Positions 10,181 to 22,649 of a stretch of 64,000 nt of DNA are shown here, one piece after another. Below the pieces are notes generated by a model that ran no database searches, was not told the origin of the DNA, and saw only the letters and a program-made list of their open reading frames with translations. Made by a program: the position numbers and the translations under genes. Position 1 is the first letter of the stretch. The number at the start of each line of letters is the position of its first letter. The DNA is from Azolla caroliniana (Eukaryota; Plantae; Polypodiophyta). The stretch covers positions 16,058,001-16,122,000 of the forward strand of contig JBHGNT010000012.1 in assembly GCA_043228905.1 (NCBI GenBank). The letters are read 5' to 3'.

Positions 10181-12258
10181 CACACATTACACCTAAACGC
10201 ACATTTCATGTGCACATTATAATCACCCCTTTCATACATGTGCATATTGCACCTTCTTGATTTTCCTCGTTCCACATGATTTTCACACCGTTGCCGAAAA
10301 TCTTCACGACAACGCTCCCCTACCATCTCCCTTCTCTTTCGGTGCTCACCTCCCGTAGGCTCTTTCCGGGTGTCTTCGTTGTTCTCCACATAACGGTGTC
10401 CTCCATGTCCGAGGAACACCCCGTAGTAGCCCGCTTGGCATCCTTTCATCTCGCGCCGTTGCGACCAGTTCGGAGCCTTCCGCTTGCCGCCATCCCCTCG
10501 CCCCACCAACTTGTCATCTCGGGCTTGGCTTGCCATGCCAGTCGTTGCCACTCAGACTAAGCCACCGAGATCTCCGAAGCGGGTGTGGACGGTCCTTCTC
10601 CGGCCCGTGATATCATTTCCGGTCTTTGACCCGCACATTACCTTGTTCCCGGCACCGCCATGTGCCATCTTTCGTCGTCCTTGTTCGGCACCGCCCGTGC
10701 CGAACACCGTCCCGTACTCATGCTTGCTTCAGCCCTCGATGACCACTCGCACGTCTCTTGTTCCGCTTCGTGCTTACCCCTTACCGGCTTCCTTTCGAAA
10801 ATGTAACCGACCGGTAAGGGGCCTTGCTGACTCCTGGTCCGCTCTTCCTGCATCGCCGGTTCCAATTTCATGCCGCCACCATCCTCCTCACGTTGCCATG
10901 TCGGCTTGAACTGCCAGTGTCTCCGGATTGGTGTGAGGAGCCCATAGGACCGTCTCGTTCCCTTCTCCGACTTCCGCATTGTCTTCCGGCCGGGTCGGTT
11001 CCCGACTCATCCCTTTGTTTCCTTGCCTTTTACCGGATTCGTCGTCACTCTCCTTGCTGCGTTCCCGCCTCCATCTTCCATCTCTTTCGGTCTCACGTTG
11101 CCATGTTGGCTCGAATTGCCGAAGTCTCCGGTCAAGATGTGGGGACATCGATTTCGTAAGGACTCGCGACGACTCATCCGGGGCCACTGACCCTTTTAGT
11201 GGTGCCGGTGGATAGCATCCGCTCTGTGATCAATCAAGCCCCACCTGGGCTTGATTCTCCAATGTTCGAAGTTTCGGCTCTGATGCCGATCCTGCCGGAT
11301 GCGTTCTGAATCCTTGATCACCTCCCTCCTATCCCCGATCCCCGCCCTTCGCCCGGTCGGTCTTTCTCCCCATGTAAAAGAGGGCAGCTGGTTCCGCACC
11401 CTCTCCCGTATCGGCACCTTCATGCCGATTCTGGCCCCGGTCGAAAAATCCACGATTGGATCGCGCTCCACCCGAATCGGAGCGCCGCGCGGTTCGGTCC
11501 CCGGTCGGGTCGTTTCTTGGTCTCTTCGTCGACCTTCTCACGGGCCATCTCCCATCCATCTTCGTTGGCATCGTGCCAGGACTCCTCGATACCGTCATCC
11601 TTCTCCTCGGTCTCATGTGGGCATAAGGGCCCAAATGCCGAGTTCTCCGGAATCGGTTCTGAGGGCTTTTGTCTGTTCCTTCCTCATATCATCTCGCTAG
11701 TGATCCTCGGTCTCACGCCACCGCCTTCCTCCTCTTGGGACTCACGTGGGCACTCGGGCCCGACTCCCATCATCTCGGGAGCAAGTGTGGGAAGACGCGT
11801 AGAATCGCTCGTCCTATTTATACCCTTGTCCATAGCCACCGGCTCCTCATGGTCGGTGGTCGTCTTCTTACCGATCACGGAAGCCCCGCCTGGGCTTGCT
11901 TCTCCAATGTCCGGAATTTCGGGCTGATGTGCCCGAAACCGCCGGTCCCAATGTTCTGATTCTGCGATCGGTACCTCGGCCTTGTCCTTGGCCGTTCTAT
12001 CTCCGCAAGTCGAGAGGGAGTTTTGTTCCGCACCCTCTCCCGTGGTACCGTGGTACCGATCTTCTGCCATCTCGTGGGGCAAGTCTGTCTCCTCGGCGTC
12101 GGCTTGCAGCCTTGATCTTTCCTCTTCCTCGAGCATTACCTCGATAGCTGCGTACGCCTCCGCAATCCTGGCCCCGAAGCCGAGCCTTGCTTACGCTCTT
12201 TGTCGTTCGGCCTCTTCCCGTTGTGATGGCACGCCGTCGCGCGCCTTCCTCCTAGCCT
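7959..12258 (-). mobile_element. Truncated LTR element (ACG-target family): 3' LTR at 7959-8712 plus a GC-rich repetitive internal region
   Basis: LTR with TGTCG..CGACA termini, preceded on the minus strand by PPT-like GGTTTGGTGGGGGCAGA; CTATAAAA on the minus strand at about 8505-8511; ACGT flank at 7955-7958. The internal region has broken E/R/G-rich ORFs with no recognisable pol motifs. Confidence 0.6.
9407..10311. mobile_element. Solo-LTR-like insertion with 4-bp TSD ACGC
   Basis: TGTCA..CACGACA termini; ACGC at 9403-9406 and 10312-10315; GC-rich host sequence resumes on both sides. Confidence 0.7.
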
Positions 12259-14144
12259 AAGTTGGGTTCAATGAAACAACATATAAGAATTTGTGATTGT
12301 CCTAATATAATGTGGGTGAATCATTGAAGTGAAAGCCTTTGTGGATCAAACAAAACCTATGTGGATCAAATGATTATATGCAAAAATGGGGTATAGTTAG
12401 TTCAAACATTGCATCTGTTAGCTTAATGGCGAGTTTATATTACACATGATTGTGCCTTGCAATGGTTCTGCACATCATCTATCTAATCTAGAATGTGAAT
12501 TGATATATAACATCTACACGTTGGTAATTGACCTACGTACAAGTTTGAAATTGATAACATGCTTGAACAAAACCTTCAAACAGAGATGAGACAAGTGCTA
12601 GTATTGTCACTTGATGAACAAGCTAGGAGTGAAGATGGAGAAGGTGCATCAACATAACCATTACGGCTGTATTCGTGGTGTGGATAGGTGAAACCATGGA
12701 GGAAACATTGTAGAACTTGCAATAGAATGCAAGCAAGAGACCAAATGTAGGATGTTCCTGGTTCATGCTCTTGTAGGACGGGCCATGCAAGCAGATGCAC
12801 CGCCATAGTTGAGCAATCGCTTCCACTTCAAGAAGCATTGTGTGTGGCTTTGCATGCATAAATAACATTTCTGCCTTGACTAGAGATTTTAATGGGCCTT
12901 CAATTATTGCTGCTTTTGCTTTATTAACGTGAGGCATGGCAGCTTCACTGATCATTTACGCAATATAATTTATTTGATACCGTGGTTTGACAATCCATGG
13001 ATTTCGCCCAAGGAGACTCAGGAGAAATAAAATGCTAAGCTTAGTACGTAATAAATTGGCAGTTATCTCAAACAGTTGGGTCTAGGATTCAGACCCTTGC
13101 ATTGTGCCAGGTTATTCAATGAGGTTCTTCAAATTTGAAAGTTTCTTCTTTGCAAAGAAATAGATCTATTGTTCAGTGAGATCCTTGGCATTTCAAAGGT
13201 TTCTTCTTCAAAGAGAAAAATATCTACTTGGAAGAATAATATACTACTTTATATCCTCAAAGAAGACATACCTAGAAGAGAATTTTCCATTCATTCATCC
13301 ATGAGACCTCTATATCAGAAATCAATTGGCAAAATACCAATAAATCAGTGAAAACTAATACATATGAATTTTCTCCATTGGCATCAATTCAAGCGTTTTC
13401 TCTAACCATATGGATTTCATGTCAACATTCTACTGTAACACGACATTTTACTGTAATGTGCAATGATACATGTACAATACCTTATATGATTGTGTCCTCA
13501 GCTTGTGTCTTCATACTGAGGAAAGATGATAGCAATAAACAATTTGAGCCTCATACAGTAGCCCTGAATGGCTGCAAGCATTTACAACACCAAGTAGTAT
13601 TTCCTCATCTAAAACTTGCCCTCAACTTCCATCCATTCCAAACAATTATTGCTTCATGGCCAAGAGAATTCTGCGCATAGCCTAAAACTAGAGCAGACTA
13701 AGAGACTCATTTAAAAATGGGACACCCTTCGAACACCTCATGTGCTTGTGGGTAAACATTTTGTATACATAACCACTGATATATTGATTAATAAAGGGGG
13801 CTACACGGCATTGTCTATAGATTCCTGAAGGGGATCTACATGGCAACTAAACGGTTATCTCTTCACAAATTAGAGGGAAAAAAGCTATATAACTTCAATA
13901 TTGAATGAAAATAGTCCACTAATCGAATGAAAGATGCACATTACACTTATAATATTTAGTGTCATCACTCAATCCATCCCATCTGAAGAGAAAATTAATT
14001 GCTAAATGTAGGTATTCATATATGTATGTCGGTATTCATACATGTATGTAGGTAATTCATTCATAAAGGATGGATGGACATAATGCAAAAGGCAAAATAA
14101 TATATTACTGTCTATTGGGAAGAACCAAAATAACTTTTGCACAA

Positions 14145-14219
14145 TTATTCCGCAGCCTTCTTCTTTACTATACCAACTTCTGCTGGCCTCAAAACTTTTT
14201 CCCGTATGAAGTATCCAGA
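14145..14219 (-). CDS. grpE: GrpE exon 5
   Basis: TGCAG acceptor, SGYFIREKVLRPAEVGIVKKKAAE*. Confidence 0.92.
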   Translation of the reverse strand, partial: SGYFIREKVLRPAEVGIVKKKAAE

Positions 14220-17200
14220 CTGCACACAAACAAAGCTACCCAGGTTTAAGCACAAATACATGCACAAAAGAGAACAACTTCAAATATGCTTTATGATCTG
14301 ATTTAACTTGCCTTCACAACATTAACTATTGTATTGGGTTCTTTAGTTGAGTCATCAACTTCATCAATAACAAGGTGATGATTAGAGTCGTAGTGATCCC
14401 CAATAGGATCGAACTTCTTCACACCAAACTCGCTGAAGATCTGAAAATTGTGTCCAATGCAAAATCAGCCATTCACCCCACAGATATAAGTTCTATACCA
14501 AACGTAGGATTCATCCCATACACAAGATTGTTCCACGCATAAGTGATAAGAACAAACAAGATGGCTTCCAAAAGCACATCTGGAACCTTATGAATTTAAC
14601 CAATCATTCCTTGCATACATGAGTGAAAAACCCGAGCATTGTGACAAATTTACCAATATTTATGAATGAGAATAACAATGCAAGTATTGTACTTATACTT
14701 GGACCATATAAAACAATTTTGAATACATTTAATACAATTAACAGCCCCTTTATTTTCTAAACCAATTCAACCCTAAACCCTATATTCTAAGCCATAAAAC
14801 CTAAACCCTCATTTGTAACAATCATAATTTCAAAACGTAGAAAATTCAGTCCAACATATGTTGCCAAGCATTCATTACCTTAAAGAAAACCTACCTTCAA
14901 CATCTGTTTTTCAGTCATATTCACACCCTCGAGCATTGACACGAGCAACTTTGCATTACTCGAGGTATCATTAGCCAAAACATCCTTCCTGAAACTCTCA
15001 GGGACAATAGCAGCTGTTCGATGAAGATTATCGGCCATATCCAACAGATCAGCTGCAAAACTCTGTTTTTTAAAAGTTAGAAGAAGGGAAAGAAACAAAA
15101 CATATCAAATGTATGAAAATAAGGATAAAAAAAGGGGGGAAATGCCAAACCACCCCTAACTCGTTGGGTGTTTACTAGAGTACTCATAAGTTTTCAGAAC
15201 ATGGAGTACCACTACAACAGATCCGTTTTGATTAACTTTAGGGTATTCCAGTAAATTGTTGAGATATTTTTAATTTGGCCCTAAAAATTAAATAAATAAT
15301 CTACCAAAAGAAAGTTTCTACCTCGACCGCATATTTCTTTATGCTCTCGGCATCTCTCCTTGTTCTGCCTCGTAAATTTTCAACTTCCGCAAGGCATGTT
15401 AACACTTCTTGCTTTGCATCAGCAACCATCCTATCTTTCTGCTTCAACAATGCCTCTTTTTGCTCTAATAAAGCTTTAAGATTTGTGCCACTTGCTTTTA
15501 CACTTGGCATCTGGCCTTCAGAACCACTCGTACCAGATTGAGCTTTTACACTTGGCGCCTGCGCTTTAGAGCCATTCACACTAGATTTAGGATTTATGTT
15601 ACTATCTGTATTGACACTTGGGTTCTCATTTGCAGTTGCTGTTTTCTCAGAGGAGGCCTCTCCAGGAGTGGATGAAAATTTTGCGAGCCAAAGTTCATTC
15701 GCCTGGAAAAACATGACCTTATTTAGATCATCCTGCCAATCGTGAAAAAAATATTGGTTCGAAAAATTTCAAGCTAAGAAAATATGATGTGGCAAATCAA
15801 TATATGAATGCATTGGTTTTATAACATCCACAAGAATGCAATGGTTTCCTACATTAAGTGTAAATTGGCATCTAGGAAAATGGCACATCCTCAAGAAAGA
15901 CTAGTCTCTCTTAAAGCCAAAGCATGACCATCTCAGTGAACATATACAAACCAAAAAGCCTTTAAGCCAAAGCATGAAAATCTCTATAAACATATGGGAA
16001 ACATAAACCAGAAAATCCAAAATGAAGGAAAGAATAAGAATTGGAAATAATTTATTTTAGTGCTTAATATATATAAGGGAAAGAAGAAATATCATAGGCA
16101 CAGCATATTGCACATAGAACGAGTATCTCAAAAGTATTAATAACAATCAATGGGCAGTTTGAAAGGAATTAGTTGAACCAAGCAACTGACAGTAATATAA
16201 AGGTAGGTTTGAAAGAAATCGAATTGTGCCAAACTACTGACATGTGATCCATCTTGGAGCAGAATAACAATTGTGGAAGAGGCCAATGAAGTTTTCACTT
16301 GAGCTTTTGATTAAAAGTTCAAGATTAAGAGAAGATTTAATCACAAGATTATGGATCCTAAAGAAATGCTGTAGACCAGTCAGTGATCACGAGCATGTTT
16401 GGTATATCCTGAAAGAAAAGCTGCAGGATGGTGATCCTGAAAAAACTCAGCATGATTCCGAATGTTCAAGAGGATTCATGTAGGATTCCTTGAAGTGTCC
16501 AAATGGTTGTAGGTCGGTAATGCCAGACAAATTCAAAATATTTTGAATGCCCAAGCGTTCACAAAGGATTCCCTGAAGGAATTGAAAGGATTTCCCAATC
16601 AAGTTTGGCCTAATCCAAATACTACAAAGGATTCATGAAATTCTTGAAGTTCAATCACCTCTATTCTAAGAGTGCCATGTGCATAGACCACCAGTTCATG
16701 AACATCTATAAATAGTTAGACCATAAAATACATGGGTTTAATATCAATAACCATATACTCTCTAAGTCTACATACATTATTAGTCCAATGGATCATTTAA
16801 TAAAAAGGTACATATTCAGTATACTGTGAAAGTTGAGCCATCAACCATATTCCCTTCATTCAATAGACAAAAACCTTTAATAATTTATCTTTGGTGAGTA
16901 CATGGTCAAGTTTTAATCATGTGGTTCTCTCACTGTACATCCAGCACAACTGACATTTCATTCTTTTCATCAATAAGTGGTTAAGATTTAATCATATTTT
17001 TCTCATAGAAGGAAGTGAAATTTCATTGTTTTTAGTCATGCACGTTTTAATGTATTATTTCTCCCATCAAAACAAGCAAATTCTCACTCTTCTAATGAAA
17101 TTTCCATCATTTTGATAGATATGATGTTAAGTGGACAATATACAATCAATACACATACAATAAAGATCATGGTTGCTACTTGAAACACATATTCAGTACC

Positions 17201-17532
17201 ACTACTTGATACACATATTCAGTACCACTACTTGATACACATATTCAGTACTACTATTTGATACACATATTCAGTACCACTACTGCATCATATACATACA
17301 GGCTTCACAAAGATATATAATCTTTCATTAATCCATTTTCACATACGCATACCCGTTCAATTCTACTACCATGTACATATCATATTCAGTTCCATTTCGG
17401 AGCGATAAACCATCATTATGGAGATGGGAAACCTGGGGCGTAACGATGGAGAAGTGGAAGGGATCTAACCTTTGTTGCGAGAGGAGATCCTTTTCTTAAG
17501 CCTTGAAGGAGGAGTCTTTTGGAAAGAATCAT
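14145..17532 (-). CDS. grpE: GrpE nucleotide-exchange factor, mitochondrial type (Mge), 5 exons, about 271 aa
   Basis: Exons 17532-17470, 15702-15322, 15062-14895, 14440-14312 and 14219-14145, all phase 0. Motifs LAEVENLRGRT, FAADLLDMADNL, EGVNMTEKQMLKIF, FDPIGDHYDSNHH, GYFIREKVLRPAEVGI. The N-terminus is basic and lacks acidic residues, like a presequence. Confidence 0.93.
14312..14440 (-). CDS. grpE: GrpE exon 4 (GC donor)
   Basis: TTTTCAG acceptor, IFSEFGVKKFDPIG...VNVVK, AAG|GCAAGT donor. Confidence 0.9.
14895..15062 (-). CDS. grpE: GrpE exon 3
   Basis: ACAG acceptor, SFAADLLDMADNL...QMLK, GTAGGT donor. Confidence 0.93.
15322..15702 (-). CDS. grpE: GrpE exon 2
   Basis: TTTTTCCAG acceptor, ANELWLAKF...KKYAVE, GTAGAA donor. 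Confidence 0.9.
17184..17284. repeat. 26-bp minisatellite, about 4 copies, in GrpE intron 1
   Basis: TACACATATTCAGTACCACTACTTGA repeated. Confidence 0.9.
17470..17532 (-). CDS. grpE: GrpE exon 1 (transit-peptide-like)
   Basis: MILSKRLLLQGLRKGSPLATK followed by AAG|GTTAGA donor, phase 0 matching exon 2. Confidence 0.7.
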
Positions 17533-17649
17533 CCTTTCTTCTTCTTCCTTCTCTCTGTCTCTCTGTCTCTCTCTCTCGATCGATCGATCAGCTCCTCCTG
17601 TCTGAAGAGCAGACAGACCAAGACAGGAAGGGCTTTTCCAGGGTTTTGT

Positions 17650-18425
17650 GTGAACTGAATTTGGGCGGTTTGGTTTCACACTTGTCCGCCCAACCCATTT
17701 GACTTTCCCATTTACATACCTTCCTCTCCACGAAACCCAGGCTCTCGAAACCCAAGAGAACTAAACTGAATTTGGGCGGTTTGGTTTCACACTTGTCCGC
17801 CCAACCCAGTTGACTTTCCCATTTACATACCTTCCTGAATCCTTTCCACGGGCTCTCGAAACCAAGAGCACTAAACTGCGGTTTGGTTTCACACTTGTCC
17901 GCCCAACCCAGTTGCCTTTCCCATTTACATACCTTCCTGAATCCTCTCCACGAAACCCAGGCTCTCGAAACCAAGAGCACTAAACTGAATTTGGGCGGTT
18001 TGGTTTCACACTTGTCCGCCCAACCCAGTTAATTTTCCCATTACCTTCCTCTCCACGAAACCCAAGCTCTCGAAATCCCACCCCACGGTTTTGTGTGTCC
18101 AAGGGAACTAAACTGAATTCGGGCGGTTTGGTTTCACACGTGTCCGCCCAACCCATTTGACTTTCCAATTACATACCTTCCTCTCCACGAAACCCAGGCT
18201 CTTGAAATCCAAGAGAACTAAACTGAATTTGGGCGGTTTGGTTTCACACTTGTCCGCCCAACCCAATTGACTTTCCCATTACCTTCCTCTCCACGAAACC
18301 CAGGCTATCACCCCACGGTTTTGTGTGTCCAAGGGAACTAAACTGAATTCGGGTGGTTTGGTTTCACACTTGTCCGCCCAACCCATTTGACTTTCCCATT
18401 TACATACCTTCCTCTCCACGAAACC
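17650..18425. repeat. Tandem array of about 110-130-bp units (7 copies) in the GrpE upstream region
   Basis: Core AACTGAATTTGGGCGGTTTGGTTTCACACTTGTCCGCCCAACCC at about 17653, 17764, 17875 (partial), 17983, 18111, 18221 and 18341. Confidence 0.93.
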
Positions 18426-21400
18426 TATTTTGGCAACACTTCCGCCTCGATCCAAAATTCCCCTAACAATTAGCTCTCTTCTCCCTTTCATAGGTTTAAA
18501 GACGATCCTTACCAAAATAGTAATTTTCTTTTTGTAACACTTGACCTTGAGAATTGACTAACACAAAAAGATTCGACGTACTTGAACCACATATCATGTT
18601 GTTTACTATAAATCAGCATTCTCCCTTCATTATCCATTCAATGATTTGAACCTTCCACATCTAGAGTATGCTCTTGACGATTAAGTTAAGTCCTTTCTTT
18701 GTCTTGTCTTATAACCTTCTTTTCATACTTCTTCCTTGTCCCTCAATCTCTCACATTTATTCATGTAACTTATTTCCTCTTGTGCGCTTCCCACATCACT
18801 ACATCTACTCCCAACAAACATGCACATCCTTTGTTATGTGCCAAATGTGGTACTAGGGGGCTTTGCTTGGTTGCAACCTTTGACCCTTGTATCATCATCC
18901 TCCATATATTCATAACCTAACTCTCTAGGCTAGAGTCCTATCTAGAACCTAAGAAGACGATTGCTTGTCCATTTTTTTCCAACACCACCATGATCATTCC
19001 TTCCACCATAGCCATGGACACCATCCAATCCACCAAACATTGTTCCCATGTTGCGGGATTCTCAGAGTCTTTGTTGGATTGGCATGTGCTCTTACGTTTG
19101 AGCATAACCCATCATATAATCCAAATGTGCTTCCTCCCTTTAATCTATCTTCTAGATCATGATATGACATAATGCATTTGCTTCTCCGACTACTTCCCAC
19201 TCCCATGCTTCATGAGCTACATATGTCTGTTGAGCTTGAGCTCTCTTGGCACAACATGAATAATTTTATCCAAATGTAAACATGACATGGGACTCATCAC
19301 ACACTTGGTTCCACAACTTGTATATTTTGATGCTCTCGTGTCACAATCTTCCTCCTCTATTTCATCTCTATCTATTCCACTTGAAAAAATTTCAAGCTTT
19401 GAAGCTTCAGTCATCGACGCACACAACGTGGTGGTAAACTTCCTTGGGATTCTCTACTTCATTCATCATTTTGTTGCTTCTATTTCACCTTCCTCATTTT
19501 CATACCTTTTCATTTAGCTTTGCAATATAGTGTTTGGGTCGTCTATCTCTTTTATACAAGAGCCCATTTCATGTGCAAGGTGTGCAAATCATGGGCTAAT
19601 ATCAGGTCCATATTTGTCTTCTTCTTGAGCTTTCATCGTGTTGGATGCACTCCTTTCATCTCATTTCATCCTTCAATTTGTCTTCATTCCTTGAGCTTAA
19701 AATATATCATTTGCTCTCTAAGGAACACTTTTCAAATCTTCATTCAACTCTTCATCTTGTGTTTGTGTCTCTTCGCTCACTTGAAACTTATTTCCTTCAT
19801 GTATTCCCATATTTTCTTCATCCTTCTCTTGGGTCATACCGTGGCATGGTCTCGAAGCTTTGGTGACGGTCTTAGTGCCATGAACCAAACCATTCCAGCT
19901 TTCATGTACCCAAGTCTCAAGTTCTGGCATGTGCAGTGGACTCATTATCCTGCTCATTTTCCTTGTTATATTTAGGTTTGGATGCTATGCATTCCAATAT
20001 ATGGACTTCTTCTTCTTGCATAGTTTCTTCCATGTGCATGCTCGAGTCACAAGTGTATATCTTATATTGACGTCTTTCAGATTATGTATCAACATTTTTG
20101 TCAATTTCTCTTCAACATTGATATTCTCTTTAAGGTTCATGCATGCCTTCCTAATGAGTTCTTCCATGTTGAATAATGAGTCAATTTTCTTTGATGAGCT
20201 CTATTCCTCTTCATGAATAGGAACTGGCGAGCTCTGACTTATATGTTATTATTTTGATGACCTATGCATTTTCTGCTTGTCATTGTTATGTACACATAAC
20301 GTAGGTGAGGGTAGGTCACTAATATTTACATAAGTGAAGGGTATGTTCACTAATGTTAAAAAGGGAACTAATGTGATTGGATAGAATGAATGATAGGTGC
20401 ATGCACTATCATGATTTGGACAACCAATGAATGGAGCGCATTTTAAAAAGGCACATCCATTCAAGGGGCCTAGGAAGAGGTATAAATATGAGGCTTAGTA
20501 TTACGGGCATGACAATATAATATCCCGTGGTGAGAATTCACCGTAGTATTCTATACACGTGGATAAGTGTGAGGGTTAAACGAGAGCGTAAAGAAGGGGA
20601 GGATTACTTTTAATCCTCGGGTTTGAGACAACCCATTAGGCCAAGTGTGAACTTGCATGGGGGCGTTGGGTCTCGCTATAAATATGAGGCCTAACTACCC
20701 TCATTTCATCATCTCTTGACTACGTCGAGACTCTGTTTCGTGGTGGGTCAACTCTTGTAGCGAGCGCGCCAACACCGGGTACGACTCGTCACCACGATGG
20801 TGTTATGGGATGTGGATCAAGGCTCGAGTCCGTCTTGATCCCTTTGCTCGGGGGTGGTTGGGTGGATCGACACCCTTCTTTCTCTCTCCTTTCTTATTTC
20901 ATATATATTATATCCTTATCATATGCTTACATTAGATCATCACTCTAACATTTGGTACCATAGCTCATGTTTCTAATGTTTCTTTTGTTGGACCTTCTTG
21001 ATGGATGGTGATCAATCGACGTGCGGTCAACCTTGATCCAGATAGCGATCAACAAAGGAACTTCGGTAACTCTTTCTTGTATTTTTCTATTCTTTCTTCT
21101 CCCAATCTAATCATGTACAGTCAATATGTTTTATTATTATTGATTCAATGATGTTGTAATGGTAATGGATTGGTTGTATAAAATGTATTCATATGCGTAT
21201 GCGATCAATACCTCATTTGACATATATTTGATATGTGATTCATGCCGTATGCGTATGAGGTTAGTACCTCAATTGCGTATTACATTCACATACATATGTT
21301 ATGTATGCGTGTGAGGCCAATACCTCGATTCTATTTAAATGATATGTGTTTGGTGTCGTATGTGTAAGAGGTCAATACCTCAATTGTGTATTATGATTGA

Positions 21401-22649
21401 CCCTTATTTTTGGATGTTTCGTGTGCGTACAAGCTATATGCATTGATTACGTATCTCGATTACATCATTGTTGGCTATTTGATATTACGATTTTTTTAAT
21501 ATATGCATATGTGGTCACGTGTATACGTATTTGATCATATATATGTGAGAAATATACATATGTGTATATTAGTTATTATGTGATTTTTATATCGAATGTT
21601 TCCTTTTCGGGGAAAGGATCTTGGTGGCCGTCCTCACATTTTTGTGAGAATGGTGTAGTCACCATCCTTTTTTCAACAATTTTTTTGTTGACATCCCTGT
21701 TGGTCACTTCGATTTTGTTACGTTATGAAACGATCATAGCCACAATGATGTTGAGAACGTAGGGCTTGACCCACTTCATGTGAGATTGCTCCTATGACAC
21801 ACATATCTAACATCCCTCCCTCATTACATGGATACGATGCATAGTAGGCCCACGTGGCCCATCACATGGTTACATCATTACGAATGCCTTTCGTAAGAAT
21901 GATCTCATGGAAAAGAGAGCTCATTTGGCTTGACCATTAGCTTGCACTTTGGCGTATGCCATCATAATTATGAGACCTGAAGTTAGGTAACGTACCAACA
22001 TAGTTTGTTGTAAACGAGAGGGAAATAAGGACTCTTGACATATATGTTTCTTTTAAAAAAAACATATATGGGCAAATGCCTCGCATATCTCTTATATGCA
22101 TAAAACATTCAACACGAGCAACCTATTTGGTTAGCTCAATTGTTTAATGCAATTGTTCCCGAGGTCTTGAGTTCAAATATGACCAAGACCATACAACTTT
22201 GTTGATACATATGACTATATACATGTTTAGACTTTAGGTCTAAGTGCACTTCGGGGTCCTCGTAATAGGACGTAAAGAGCCGAAACCACATACGTGGGCA
22301 CAGAAACATAATTTATTATTAACATTTTTTTCGTGTATAAACTATTCATGACACGAACATACATGGTTGAGCCTCGGGGAGCCGCCATGAAAAAATCGAT
22401 ATAGAGATCAAGGAAAGACATTCATTTGTCACCTCCATGGTTTTTGAAACACCTTTGTGTTACCATAGTAACCTTATCTTGAACCTCATCTCATACGTCT
22501 AAAGGGGTATTGACGTGAGTTCATGATATCGATTAATGTTGGCCCATGATATGTTTACATCACGACATGATATTATGACTATTTGTTTGACCTTATCCTA
22601 TTCCGTTGCCAGAAATTATCATTCAATGGCTCATAATAACGACCCGATG

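Noticed and set aside
12576-12955. Minus-strand ORFs downstream of GrpE
   Set aside because: No recognisable domain or exon structure.
16271-16483. ORF antisense within GrpE intron 1
   Set aside because: Short, non-ATG start and no motif; exon 1 joins exon 2 in phase without it.
17650-18425. CRISPR-like repeat-spacer array with a palindromic repeat
   Set aside because: The intervening segments are themselves repeated, the context is a eukaryotic intron-containing gene, and no cas genes are present.
18428-18800. LTR pair with 35675-36475
   Set aside because: No shared TG..CA termini, PBS or TSD found; treated as diverged copies of an old element's leader.
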